Program-made: the position numbers and the translations under genes
Notes under the pieces: model-generated
Told to the model about the DNA's origin: nothing
The model's input: the letters and a program-made list of their open reading frames with translations, nothing else
Database searches by the model: none
Part shown: positions 38,640 to 51,200 of the stretch, in pieces
Position numbering within the stretch: the stretch's first letter is position 1
Layout of the letters: every line of letters starts with the position of its first letter
Source: Eremomyces bilateralis CBS 781.70
Taxonomy: Eukaryota
Direction: 5' to 3' (one strand)
DNA length: 64,000 bases
Assembly (NCBI GenBank): GCA_010015585.1
Contig: ML975151.1

Positions 38640-39779
38640 GTCTTTTCGTTGGACCATGGATGTCGGGATCGAGGGGAATAGGTAGCGGACTGGAGGCGGC
38701 AACGGGGATCCTGCACGGGGTGATACAGGACGGCGCGATAGGTGAACGTCTCAAGGAACTCAATGTTCGGTCTCAATATTGTTTAGTCTCTATTTGGAAT
38801 AAGTTTGACAAGTAGGAGTCAATGTGACAAGTTTCAATTCAGCGCAAGAGGAGGGATATGAGGGAGAGTTGGAGCCTTTGGAAGGTAGCGGAGGTGATGG
38901 TGATGATGTTGTTGCTGTGCTGCGGAGCGGACTGGAGCACCACCCACGGCGGCTGCAACCAGCGCACCTGCCAGGATGAGGACATCAGATGCATGAGCGC
39001 ACGTGCCCGGGAGTGGCTTCGGTTGGCGGCACCATCCATGCTTGGTAGATTAGTTATCATCACGTGCAGCCCAGAGTGGGCACCTGATCATGGACCATCA
39101 AAGGCTTCAACTTTCACATCACACTTTCAAGTTTCAATACTCTTCGTCACCTCGTACACGGTACATACCAATATATCACACCCTCGTTGATCTGGTCTCT
39201 TGCAACCGGCTGCTTATACATGCCTGTGTTTGAGAACCTGTTAGTCTGGCATGAGGCTCGCGGAGATCACATCCACGCTAACCTTAAACTGTCCGCCTTG
39301 TCCTATCTTGGGCACTATTCCCCAAGCTTGCTGCCTGTTTCTCACTACTGAGGACCCATGTGCTCAGGTACAGTACATTGTCATGCCTTGACCAATTTAC
39401 TGTTGCTCGAAGACTTCAAAATCGATATGCCGGAGGTGTCAATGCCGCAGTCTATGTCAAATCGGAATTACCATTATTCAATGTGATCGATGAGACCCAG
39501 ATCGGGTTGAAACTGGAAAGGCAAAGGTCAGGGCCACATTCATCGATCTTCGAACCCTAGAAAGCACATCTATTAGAGATGTCAGTGAGTACTACCACTT
39601 GGATACCTACCAGTATGCCTAGTTCACGGTGATAGGAGTTGTTGGTCCCGAAGAACGTCACGACTCTGAGCAAGATATCCCTCATGCGGTAACCGTCACG
39701 TTTAGCTAGCCATTGTTTGTGCTCTCAGTGTATACAAGTCTTGCTATTGTTCATTTTCTCATTTAATCAACCCCTGCGG

Positions 39780-39787
39780 TATATAAG
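39780..39787 (+). promoter_or_regulatory. TATA box of the S10-family gene
   Basis: TATATAAG about 80 nt upstream of ATG 39864. Confidence 0.55.
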
Positions 39788-39863
39788 ACAGCGGAGTATC
39801 GGAGTCGTAGCGCACTGGTAAACCTGTGCATGTTCCATCGTTCATTGTTAGCACTCTATTACC

Positions 39864-41407
39864 ATGTGGGCGTCATTCCTTCTACCAGCCTTTCTTCTTT
39901 TCGTTTCCCTCGTCTCAACGGCTCCGCCTGAAACCGAACAGAATCAGGGGAGCACTATCGAAACGAATGGCAGAGAATACCGTGTCTTTCAATCCACAGT
40001 TACTGGGGCTCGGGTTGAATACGTGGAGAACTCCGGGGTTTGCGAGATGATGTTTGGCGTTACGCAGTATTCCGGATATATCGTACTCGAGACGCCCAAC
40101 CAAATAAAAAACATCTGGTTTTGGTTCTTCGCAAGTAGAAATGCTCCACAGACGGCGCCTCTTGCGGCTTGGTTCAATGGTGGTCAGGATCCTGGTTGTT
40201 CAAGCATGATCGGTCTATTCCGGGAAAACGGTCCTTGTCAATTTTACTACGGAAACAACTATCAGCCCTCCTTGAATATGTACAGTTTCAACCAATATGC
40301 CAACATGCTATACATCGACCAGCCGGTCGACACTGGCTTCTCGTACGGCAACATCACGGACACTAATACGGCCGAGTCAGCTGCCGTAATCTGGGGTGCT
40401 CTCCAAGCGTTCTACGAAGCCTTTCCCAGATTCCAAAACCGCGACTTTGGTATCTTCACCGAAGGCTATGGAGGCCACTATGGACCCGCGTTTTCGAAGC
40501 ACATCTTGGATCAGAACAACCGGATCGAGAAGGGAGAAACGTTAGGACAACGAATCAATCTAGTTGCGCTTGGCGTCAATAATGGCTGGTTTGACCCGTA
40601 CATCAACTGGGAGTCGCAGATCCATTACTCCTATAGCAACTCTCATCGTCAGCTCATTTCGGCTGCTGAACTAGATACGTATCTCCAAGATTTCCGGCAG
40701 AAGTGCGTTCCAGAGTTGGATGAGTGTGCACCTGGCGATCAATATATTTGCCGTAACGCGATAGAAACATGCAGCCGCGCTATCGAAGGCCCGCTGAGTC
40801 AAAAGGCTGACTTCAATACGTACGATATTCGCAAGCCTCGGCCCAACGACAATGCACCGCAACCTTATGACAACTATCTGCAGCTGCGAGACATCAAGTG
40901 GCAAATTGGTGCGAGATATCGGTATTCTGAATGCACGATGGATGTGGACTCAGCATTCAACAACGCGGGCGATCGTAAGTCATCCAGTCTAGCAGTAAAT
41001 ACGGAGGAACCGCTCTAACGAAGGAAGACGCTGTCTCGTTCCTCCCTGTCCTTGAGGCTGTGGCGGCAGCCAATGTTACGGTTTTAATCTGGGCGGGCGA
41101 CGCGGACTGGAAACACAACTGGTATGGTAATCTCGAAGTCGCAAAGACTCTCAAACATGCTGGTCAAGAAGAGTTCAATTCAAAAGAATTGGTCCCCTAC
41201 ACCGTCAATGGCGTAGAGCTCGGCTCCTTCAAGAGTGCGGGTAAACTCTCCTTTCTGAGGGTCTATAACGCCGGACAAATGGTCATGTATGAACGTAAGT
41301 AGAAGTGCCCCCCGAAGAAATTCAAGGCTAACATCCGAACAGAGCCCAAACTATCTCTCCAGGTTTTTATGCAGACCATGAAGCAGCGAGCTATATTTTC
41401 AACCTAG
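39864..41407 (+). CDS. Secreted serine carboxypeptidase S10 (carboxypeptidase S1-like) homolog, predicted catalytically inactive
   Basis: Signal peptide, then WFWFFASR, WFNGG..PGCSSMIGLFRENGP, NMLYIDQP and WAGDADW. Introns 40975..41027 and 41295..41342. The nucleophile motif reads TEGYGGHY and the His motif reads NAGQMV. Confidence 0.92.
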
Positions 41408-41750
41408 GCGTGCTACGACACGAATCAAAGCCGCCATACACCCATCACAACTTCAGTTTCCTCCAATCTTTAGTCTTTCCATGACTCTTCCCTTTAATGG
41501 AATGTAATTGCGACATGTCCTAAAGTAGGTTTGCGGACCGCCGCGTTTGCCAAACTTGAAGTCTTTGTATTGTGCATTTCTTTACAATTCATCGTTCAGG
41601 GACGTTCTGATTTTCGGGCCTTCATTGATATTAGTGGCATAGTCTAGATGAATCTATAGCTAACAATGGAATGATCCCGTGATGTACAAACACAAGTGCG
41701 AGACATATCAACCTGGAGAGTAGTTTCCTTTTTGCCCACACACTGGCTTC

Positions 41751-42803
41751 ATGACTTTTATGAACCACCAGCCATCCCAGATGTTTTCGTCTAAAGTGCG
41801 ATACCTCTTCCCCCATGCCATTCTGTCCAGAGACGAGGAGGAATGTTTCTTCACCAATACAGTTACTCTATTCGACACGGAAGAGAGCGATTTACGAACC
41901 GTCATCGTTCAGGATCCCGCCGGCCGAAGGAAAGCGGTCCTCGTCCGTGGCGTACCCGCGCTAGACCAAACAGCAGTCAGAGATAGATCGTCTGATAAGA
42001 GTTCCGCAAATAAACAGAATGAGACAACCGGAGGAACCAATTTTGAGACTCTTGTCCACGGCCCCTGGATCAGCGGCGTCAACAACCGAGTTCGTGCACT
42101 GAAAGGGCTGGTGGAGGAAGTCGAAAAGGAAGCATGCAAGAAGTTCTCCAGCGCCGATGCCGAAATCCTGATTCATCCGAGAGTCGAAGTCTCGTCACCC
42201 GCCCTGGGAGGGCCGCAACGAAACGAACCAGCTACCGGCGCCGAGTTCCCTCCCCAGCCAGTTCAACGCGAGCCGACTAGGACGAGTCCACCCCGACCAT
42301 TCCGCTGCGATGCCAGCACGCAACAGCTCCTTTCTCCACCGCCAAGCTCCGGACAGCGTGTGGGGGACGCCTCAGATATGCGAAACTCTTACCAACCTGC
42401 ACCCCCATGCGGACAGCGAGTTGGACAATGGCCGCCATTCTCAACTCCAATCGCCACGCAACCTCCAGTGATGCAAGGGCCATCTACGAATTCAAATCCA
42501 CTCGAGATGAGAACCTTTCAATGTTCCCCATCCGGCGCCTTCGGATTTCGACGCCTGCTTCCCCCCGAACCGGCCATGAACAAACAAGCGGACGTAGGTG
42601 CAATGCCGCAACCTCCAATAACGCTCCCGGCGGGCGCTCAAGGCAACCCGCCACACGGTCCGGCGGGAATTCATAAGCGCAGATTAAGCTCCCCGTCGAA
42701 TGATGTGATCATCGTCAAAGAGAGGAGGGTTCGTCCGCACACTGGCCCGGCGGTTCCGCAGATCAAAGGGTCCCCGGGAGCGAAATATGAGCAGCAACGT
42801 TAA
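41751..42803 (+). CDS. Hypothetical protein (small folded N-terminal part plus a Pro-rich disordered tail)
   Basis: 350-aa ATG-initiated ORF filling the space between two genes. No family recognised. Confidence 0.65.
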   Translation: MTFMNHQPSQMFSSKVRYLFPHAILSRDEEECFFTNTVTLFDTEESDLRTVIVQDPAGRRKAVLVRGVPALDQTAVRDRSSDKSSANKQNETTGGTNFETLVHGPWISGVNNRVRALKGLVEEVEKEACKKFSSADAEILIHPRVEVSSPALGGPQRNEPATGAEFPPQPVQREPTRTSPPRPFRCDASTQQLLSPPPSSGQRVGDASDMRNSYQPAPPCGQRVGQWPPFSTPIATQPPVMQGPSTNSNPLEMRTFQCSPSGAFGFRRLLPPEPAMNKQADVGAMPQPPITLPAGAQGNPPHGPAGIHKRRLSSPSNDVIIVKERRVRPHTGPAVPQIKGSPGAKYEQQR

Positions 42804-42884
42804 AGGGAATGAGGAAGGGGCAGGCACTGATGGAAGGAATGGGGAATGGAATTCAGGCTCTCGCCGTCTCATGAATTGTTGGAG

Positions 42885-43849
42885 CTAGTCGAGTGACTTG
42901 AAGAGGTCGTTGGCGACATCTCCGGCTAGCTTTTTGCGCTGGGCCTCTGGTATGCTTCCGTGGGTATCTACATCGCAATTAGCATGGCATCGAGAATAAT
43001 ATGTATGCAATGGATCTACTTGCCTCGGAGCGCTGTTATCTTCCGCATCATCTTCTCTAGTTGCTCTACCTGATCCTGCTCCGTGCCGCCATTATCCTCG
43101 TCAGCATCGCCGCGAAGAGAGCTCAAGGCTTCCATCAGTTCGCTTCTTTGCCCAGTGAATGGCGACATGTCATCCGCTTCGACCTCATCCGCATCATCCT
43201 GGAGTGTGAGGTCGTCATCAGGATCTACGCCAGCCCAGTCATTTGCCTCCAGAGCCTCGCGCAAACGAGGCACGCCAGTGAGTTCTGACAAGCTGTTAGA
43301 CAGCTACAGAATTATACATCAATGAGATGTTTACCTACCTCCATACTGGTTTCGCCCCGTAGATTCCACGTCGACAAATTCAAATCCATGCTCCTGGCAA
43401 ATATCATCCCACGTGTCCCCGTCAACGTTCAGCTGCGGTGTGTGTGACTGTGGCATCGCGACCGCGACTTGAACCATCTCCAGAGTCCCCTCTGAAGCAT
43501 TCCGAATCACCTGCGAGAAGGCGCCGAGCGCGGTTTTGATCTTCTCCAGCTCGCCGTCGTCGACCGGTTTGGCGAAGCAGTATATCCACCCGCCGAGGGC
43601 CTGGATCACTTCCTGGGCTTCCGCGCTGAGGAAATCATCTTTCCAAGCGTCCAGGTCTGAGATTTGGTCGATCCAGAGGGGGATCTCGGCCGTGTAGTAC
43701 TTCGTCGAAAGAGACCAGGTATGGATCAATCCGGCGATGGATTCGTCGATTGGCGTTGGCGCGGACCCGGTCAGGTCTCGGACGAGTTTTAGAGCATCGC
43801 AACCTGGAGAGCCAAGCACGAGGATACGATTTGGGTTCGGAACTTCCAT
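42885..43849 (-). CDS. IRC6: Alpha/gamma-adaptin-binding protein p34 / Irc6
   Basis: RILVLGSP, LSTKYYTAEIPLWID, WKDDFLSAEAQEV, EHGFEFVD, RNQYGE-GVPRLREALEANDW and QRKKLA. Two introns. Confidence 0.9.
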
Positions 43850-44207
43850 GGTGCGCCGGTTATAGTTTATCGTCAAGATTGTGGTTTATGTGCGATGGGT
43901 CATGTTTGGAATGTATAAAATTTGTTGTCAGGGCTCCAGGTGGTGCTCCATTTGCGCACCACCATAAATTCGCTGCCATTCCAAATACAAATCGAGGAAT
44001 CATGAACAGGATTTTCCTGATCCAGAATTTTCTCACAAATACTTAGTCGCATGCCCTGCGCCGTCAACACCAGTAGTCACCCGTTTTCAACCCGCCGGGT
44101 CCTGCCACTTGATCATCGTCCAAGCCCTTCTATTCCGGCGGCTGTGTACGGGCGGAGCACCATATGGATACCCAATAACCTGATATGAGAAACGCCAATC
44201 TCCCTCC

Positions 44208-44778
44208 TCATCTTCCGCCTCCGGTTCCGCGCTGTCCCCTTGCTCTGCTGACGGTCGCCCGCCCTCTCGCCAGCCCGACACCTCGTCCTTTCTTGTCCTT
44301 CTGTCGGAACATCGGCGCATTCCTGGAACCCGCGTTAGCATCCATCTTCGCATCCGAACCAGTCTGTCGCTCCTCCCGTGCATACCTCAACATGTCGGGG
44401 ACGATGAAATATCGGACGTGCGATCCGCGGATGTAGACTTGGTCGAGGTGGGTAACGCGGCCCTGTTGTGTTCTCAGTATTCGATCGGTATTCAATATGC
44501 GACACGCCACATACCTCTCGACTGGTGACGACCAGATCCTTCATTTGGACGTTCATTGAATCCTCAACTAGGACGGACGTCAGTGCTGGATGTACTTCGT
44601 CGCTGTGGATTCGGTACCTTCTAGGAGCTTCCCACGATACACCTGCCCCGAGGTGAGCTCGAGGGTGACAACATGACCCTTGGAATAGAGTTAGATTCAA
44701 AGTATGGTCGTTAGGAGGGATTCAGCCTACCGTCGCCTCGTTTAGTAGTTTGATGGGTATCCCGATCGTGGATGTCAT
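44208..44778 (-). CDS. SMD3: Spliceosomal Sm protein D3
   Basis: Five exons give MTSTIGIPIKLLNEA-GHVVTLEL-SGQVYRGKLLE-EDSMNVQ...[26 protein letters not shown]...GRGVGLARGRA. Confidence 0.96.
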
Positions 44779-45152
44779 TTTGGATGGGTCTTTTCTGCGA
44801 CAAGGGTGATAGAAAGGAAATAGGAGAAGAGACTTCGAATGTTGAGCGTTTAACCGTGAATTGCGACAGACAAATCTGATCTAGAACTCAGGTACAACGT
44901 TCACATTATTATGGCTCAGCGGTGGAATATCAGATTCAAGATGTCAGGCAGACACTCATTGATGCCTTGATGCCTGCAGCGGAGAATCGTGAATCATCAG
45001 ATGAATCGGAATCGGAATCCCTGCACACTTGCAGCTCTGCTATCACCAGACGCTATCACTCGACTACGAAGGTCATAAACGGGGGTAAATAAGTATCAAA
45101 ACAGTATGCTTGCTGTCACCAGCTCATCTACTCTATATGACTCCAAAATTCC

Positions 45153-47534
45153 TCAGAGCTGATCACAATAGCCCGGCTGCTTCTCCGTATTGCCGCTTAC
45201 CCAACTCTTCGCGGTCAGTACCGTCGTGTATACCATAACCGCTCCCCCAAAGACGATCAGGAATATGTCTATACCGCGCTGCCAAGTCTTAGTTGCCACG
45301 CCGCGGTAGTGTAGCATCGGCTGTCGGAAAAAAATGGTCAGCGAACCGGAGATGGTGTCGAAAGATACACGGGGACTTACCGGATAGATGTAGACAAGGG
45401 GAATACAGGCAAAGCTTCCCACGAGCGCCACGAACTTGTCGAGATCGTTCGCGCCAACCCAAGCAATCATAGCACACAAGACGACCATGCAGAAGCGGAA
45501 CACGTTCTTCTTCCACTTGATCCTCGGGTTGTATTTGCCCCTCGCCGTTTTGGGGAAGATATATTTGCTGGTGATCTCGATGGCCGGGAAGAATTGGAGG
45601 GGGGTGGACAGGAGGATGGCGAGGGAATAGATGAATTGGACACCGTTGACCAATTTATCATCCTGCGGCAGGTTGAGGATGACGACGGTCTGCGTCTTGC
45701 TGCCGTATGCGGCGTAGGACAGGGCACCCATCGAGGTGAAGATGACGGTGATGATGACCATGACGCCCCCCAACACCGGTGGAAATTTCTTCGGCTGGCG
45801 CATGCTCTCTTGAATGGGGATAATGAGTCCAATTCCCTCGAAGGTGAAGATTGCTGTCCCGATGAACAACGTCCAATCTCGCGGATTGAGGAGCTTAACA
45901 TCCGATATGCCCCCTTGGCCGACCAAGGTTATAACATCGTAGTAGTAGAGGTAGATCAAACCAAGCATAATAAAGAGGTCGGCTACCAACGCCAGCTTCT
46001 GAATATTGTTGATGTTCCGATATAGGCTCAGCGGGAGGAAAATGATCATCTGCATCAAGATCATGAATTTGATGTCGATGCGTGTTTTGCACTTCGAAAC
46101 TGCGAGGATGAATGCCTGGAGATTTTCGCTCGTGAAGACAATGTACGCGGACGAAAATCCAAGTTGGCTGATGATGAGCGAGAAATTTATTATCGTTTTC
46201 ATCCACTTGCCGAATAGCTTTTCGCCCATGCCACCGTAACTCGCCGGCACGGCGAGACGCGTGCCGACGAGCAGGAGGAAGCAGTAATAGCTCAGCGCGG
46301 AGACGACGAGCAGCACAAGGCTCGAGAAGAGCATCCCGCCGTTTAGGAACGCGCGAGGGAGGAAGAGGACGCCGGTACCGACGAAGCTCTTGAGAAGCAA
46401 TAGCGCGGCTGTCGACGGCGAGCCTCCGTGCTCGGGCTTCTCCTTTCGTTTCTTCCGGCGTCCGGGGGTAAGCAAGGCGCTATCTTCCCCATACTCGCGT
46501 GGCTCTTCTTCGCCTTCTTCGTACTCGTCCTCATAGGTTTCGCTGGTGAAGTACGCATCCGATTCGTCCTCCTCTTCTTCGAGTTCTTCTCCGGCAAAAT
46601 GCCCGTAGAGGCTCAGGAATTCGATGAAGTTGTCCGTGAAAACTTGCGGACGGGGTCTCCGTTGCTCGGTTACGACACTTCCATCGGGCCCGATGATACT
46701 CCGCTCCGGTGAAGGGGAGACAGCCTGCCGCCTGAGATGGTTACGACGAAATCCTCCCGGCTGTTTGATGGTTCCGATATCCAATATCTGTTCGTCTGGT
46801 CTTGGACGCGGCTCATGGAAGCTTCTGCTCCTCTTCGTTGAGCCTTGATGTTCCTGTTGCTCCGACCACCGGTAAATCTGCCGTGTCACATCTCCACCCT
46901 GGAGCTGTAAACTGGAGAATTCGTCTCGGTCGAGAGCCGGGCCCGTCGAGGTATCCGTGCCTAGGTCCGCAGAGCCTTCTCGTCCCCGGTGCGAGGAAGA
47001 ACCTTCGGCAGAGTTCGTGGCGAAATTTGAAACCGAATTTCGTCCCGAAGCGGTGACAAGATGTCGACGAATAACTTCCGGATCCTCAAACGGTGCTGGA
47101 CTGCTTCTGCCGTCAAAGGAACCATAATTGCTCCGAGGCACTCTTGAGTCCCCATTCAAGGGAACAGGTGAGAGAGCACGTATTGGCGGCGGTGTTCCGA
47201 ATCGAGGAGGGCTTTCTTTCGAGGCAGATTTAAACGCGGCTGCCAGGGCAGACTCTCCGGGGACACTACCAGGCGGTGATTTCGTACTGTCGAGGCCGGG
47301 GAGCGGTATGTTTGACTGTGAATTTTCGGCCGCGTTGGATTGGGTGAGAGCTGGAATCTGTCGTATTGACGGGCTCCCGGGAGCGTAGGGGGCAGGAGAG
47401 CCAACCTGAGGAGTGCCTGAGCGAGCGCTCTCCGGCGGCGATGCGGCTCGGACGCTACCGGTATGTGGAGTACTTGAAGATTCGGGAAGGGGCCGTAGTT
47501 CGGGAGAGCGCCCACGATGCGGAGACGAGAACAT
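45153..47534 (-). CDS. Vacuolar amino-acid transporter, Avt3/Avt4 family
   Basis: LQGGDVTRQIYRW, PGGFRR, NFIEFLSLYGHFAGEEL, LLLKSFVGTGVLFLP and FTFEGIGLIIPI. In-frame intron at 45321..45380. Likely start is MFSSPHRG at 47534. Confidence 0.94.
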   Translation of the reverse strand: MFSSPHRGRSPELRPLPESSSTPHTGSVRAASPPESARSGTPQVGSPAPYAPGSPSIRQIPALTQSNAAENSQSNIPLPGLDSTKSPPGSVPGESALAAAFKSASKESPPRFGTPPPIRALSPVPLNGDSRVPRSNYGSFDGRSSPAPFEDPEVIRRHLVTASGRNSVSNFATNSAEGSSSHRGREGSADLGTDTSTGPALDRDEFSSLQLQGGDVTRQIYRWSEQQEHQGSTKRSRSFHEPRPRPDEQILDIGTIKQPGGFRRNHLRRQAVSPSPERSIIGPDGSVVTEQRRPRPQVFTDNFIEFLSLYGHFAGEELEEEEDESDAYFTSETYEDEYEEGEEEPREYGEDSALLTPGRRKKRKEKPEHGGSPSTAALLLLKSFVGTGVLFLPRAFLNGGMLFSSLVLLVVSALSYYCFLLLVGTRLAVPASYGGMGEKLFGKWMKTIINFSLIISQLGFSSAYIVFTSENLQAFILAVSKCKTRIDIKFMILMQMIIFLPLSLYRNINNIQKLALVADLFIMLGLIYLYYYDVITLVGQGGISDVKLLNPRDWTLFIGTAIFTFEGIGLIIPIQESMRQPKKFPPVLGGVMVIITVIFTSMGALSYAAYGSKTQTVVILNLPQDDKLVNGVQFIYSLAILLSTPLQFFPAIEITSKYIFPKTARGKYNPRIKWKKNVFRFCMVVLCAMIAWVGANDLDKFVALVGSFACIPLVYIYPVSPRVSFDTISGSLTIFFRQPMLHYRGVATKTWQRGIDIFLIVFGGAVMVYTTVLTAKSWVSGNTEKQPGYCDQL

Positions 47535-48255
47535 GATGGTGACTACCGGTTGTCGAGTATAGCAGGATATAGGAGCAGAAGTAGAGGACCGAGTCGACTG
47601 GAATAGTTCGATGTATCCTCCCTGGCTTTGGAATCTGTTCCAATACGGTGTTTGGCACGGGAGATGCGTAGGATTTGTATGACTACCGGTAATTGCAGCC
47701 CAGCCGAGCTCGAGACGGGTTAGAAGGAGGAGATGGAGGTGACCAATGTACAGCCAATTCTTCGTCCTCCGGAGTTCCAATAATACAAAGAATCACTCTA
47801 TGAGTCTATTGAGGATTGAAATACTGCAAGAAAATGTTGAAAAAGGGAATCCAAGAGAATATCAAGGTCTTAAATGGTAGAAGAAAGAAGGTAGCACTGG
47901 GGAAGAGTGGCTGTTCGGAGCTTGTGACCTGGGCACCTGGTGGCTGGTTGTGCAATGCAGTCAGACGGCACGGAATCAAGGATTAGATATCGAGATGCGT
48001 GGACCCTGCAACTGTTAAGGTACATTCAAGCCTCACCCGCCCTCTCACGTCTATTTACACGCAGATAAAATCGCTCAACGTCCAATTTCTCGAGAAACTC
48101 AGCTCCGTACATTAAAAATGCTTTGAATCGAATCGCAACATCTGTGAACCTGCGGCCAAGGACGTGTGCTCTCTCTCTGGGTGATGCAGCAAGAGGAGCC
48201 CGCCGTTTTGTCTTCGTGCCATCATTACATCACTGATCACATCCCTTAGCCATCC

Positions 48256-51200
48256 ATGTCGGAGGGCCAATCTGGGCTGCAAGCACGGCGCAGGCCACAG
48301 GCGATAAACCGTTCTCATTCCAATTTTGCTACTCGAAGTGCTCTTGATGATGCTGCGCGCCTGGAACGGAGGAACTCTGCGATACCTGAGACTCCATCTA
48401 CGCAAAATGAGGACGAAGAACCGGACTTGGCGGTCGAGGATTCAAACCCGCAGGTCCCCCATTTAGTCGTGGAAGACGGAGGACCAGCACATCTTGAGGA
48501 TGTCGGGGAGGGTCACGAGTACGCCGAAGATGGGGACCTAGCAGACCAAGGTCAGTGGCGGTCCCTTTTGGCAGCGTTGGTGATGCCGTTCAGAAAGAGC
48601 AAGGAAACGGGCAAGGCGCAGTCATTCATGTCCACCGGCCCCTCTTCCATCGTACAATTGCAACGTCAAGCGAAAACGAAAAGGCTACCAAAGCCCAGGG
48701 TCGGTGCCCTGCCGCGCCCAGTGGGAGGCTCCGATAAGCTAGGCACCTTTGCTGGAGTTTTCGTGCCAACGATGCTCAATGTCCTGAGCATCCTGATGTT
48801 CCTGAGATTCGGTTTTATCCTCGGCCAAACCGGGTTCTTGGGCACGATTGGCATGCTCGTGATCTGCTATGCAGTCAACCTGCTGACCACGATGTCGTTA
48901 AGCGCCATCGCAACCAATGGAACCGTGAGAGGCGGGGGCACCTACTACCTGATCTCTCGAAGTTTGGGGCCCGAGTTTGGGGGGAGCATCGGCATTGTGT
49001 TCTACCTTGGCATGATCCTAAACACGGGGATGAATGCCGTCGGTTTGATCGACATTCTCAAAGAGAACTTCGGAACGAAGACCGGAAACTGGAGCCATTG
49101 GATGTCCGAAGGATTCTGGTGGCAGTACCTCTGGGGAAGTATGGTGCTTCTCGTTTGTACCACTATCTGTCTTGCTGGGAGCGGCTTGTTTGCAAGAGCA
49201 TCAAATGGGCTGTGGATCATTTTGGTCGTAGCAACCATTAGCATTCCCATTTCTACTCTCTTCGTCTCGCCGTTTGAGGACCCCGAAGCTGGCATTCGTT
49301 ATACCGGGTTGAGTTGGCGGACGTTTGAGCAAAATCTGCTGCCGCAGTTCACTCGAGGTGCTGCTGGAAGTGAAATGAAGGGCAAAGAGACTTGGAAAGA
49401 TGTGTTTGGGATTCTGTTTCCGGCTACAGGAGGCATCTTCGCTGGAGCCAGCATGTCAGGGGATTTGAAGCATCCGAGCAAGGCCATCCCGAAAGGCACA
49501 CTCCATGGACTTTTCTTCACCTTCATCCTTTATGCCCTGGTGATCCTTTCCTTAGCATTTACCGTCACCCGTGATTCTCTTTACGCCAATTCGAATGTTA
49601 TTGCGGAAGTGAATGGGTCCGGCACTCTGATCTTGATGGGCGAAGTTGCATCATCTTTCTTCAGCGCATTAATGGGTCTCATTGGCGCCGCAAAACTCCT
49701 TCAGGCGCTTGCGAGAGATAATTTGGTTCCTGGACTGCATATCTTTGGCCAAGGCACACAAAAGAAGGACGAGCCGACGTTTGCTATTTTCCTGAGCTAT
49801 GTTATTGCGCAGCTCACCATGCTCTTTGACCTCAATCAGATTGCTTCTCTGACAACAATGGCTTATCTCCTAACATTCCTTGTCATGAATCTGGCCTGCT
49901 TCTTGCTCAAGATAAGGTATGTTCCCTGCCCGGCCCCTATTCCGTTCCTGCTTCTTACCTGCCACAGCTCTGCGCCAAACTTCCGGCCATCCTTCCACTA
50001 CTTCAATTGGGAAACTGCCGCTCTAGGCACCGTTGCCAGCGCCGTAACCATGTTCTTTGTGGACGGCTTCTACGCTTCGGGTATCATCGGGCTCCTTGCC
50101 CTCGTGTTTCTCGTCATCCATTACGCATCCAACCCGAAACCATGGGGCGATGTGAGCCAGAGCCTAATCTACCACCAAGTTCGAAAGTACCTGTTGCGGC
50201 TACGCGAAGAGCATGTCAAGTTTTGGAGGCCGCAAATCCTACTACTTGTAAACGACCCTCGTCGACAGTACAAGTTGATCCAATTCTGCAATTCCTTGAA
50301 GAAGGGTGGCTTATACATCCTTGGTCACGTTATTGTGACGAACGACTTCAGCTCTGCAGTCCCTGAGGCTAAAAAGCAACAGGCCACGTGGACGAAATAC
50401 ATTGACTTCTCGAAGATCAAGGCGTTTGTCAACATTGCTATCAATCCAATGTTTGAATGGGGAGTTCGCAACCTTGTCCTGAGCGCTGGTCTGGGAGGGA
50501 TGCGTCCAAATGTCGTGGTCATGGGATTCATCAACACCAATGACTTTCAGAAACAGCTGATAGATATTCCCTCTCCAAATCCTTTAACCTCCGCATCGAC
50601 TAGGGAACAAGAGCGACTCACTCCACCGAATAGGAAGGCAAGCGTGGACAGGTTCGGGGAAAGCCTACCGACCGATGCAAACAGACTTGAAGGCGCAGTT
50701 AGCGCACGCAGTTATGTCACGATTCTGGAAGATCTTCTCCTTCAAGTCCGGATCAATGTGGCCATCGGTAAGGGCTTCTCAGACCTGGAGCTGCCTGCGC
50801 CTAAGCCAGATCGGTGGGACGATTCCTTGCGAATGCTCAAACTTAGGAAAGAGCCAAAAATCCAAAATACGAAGCAGTTCATCGATCTCTGGCCGATCCA
50901 GATGTCGGCAGAAATTGCCTCCGCGGGAAAGGGGAGGAAGAAGCATTTGACCACCACGAATTTCGATACCTATACCTTGATTCTTCAACTCGGCTGCATT
51001 CTGCATACTGTGCCCTCATGGAAACGGGCATACAAGCTGCGTATCGCCGTGTTCGTCGAGTACGAGTCCGATGTTGAAGAAGAGCGAAGACGTGTAACAG
51101 ACCTTCTAACTAACCTTCGGATGGAAGCCACAGTTCTCGTCTTTTGGCTCGCATGTGGCTCGTTAAACACCTATGAAGTCATTGTCAACGGGAAAACCGA

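Noticed and set aside
47535..47780. N-terminal extension of the AVT transporter shown in the ORF track
   Set aside because: It starts at a non-ATG codon and is more likely 5'UTR.
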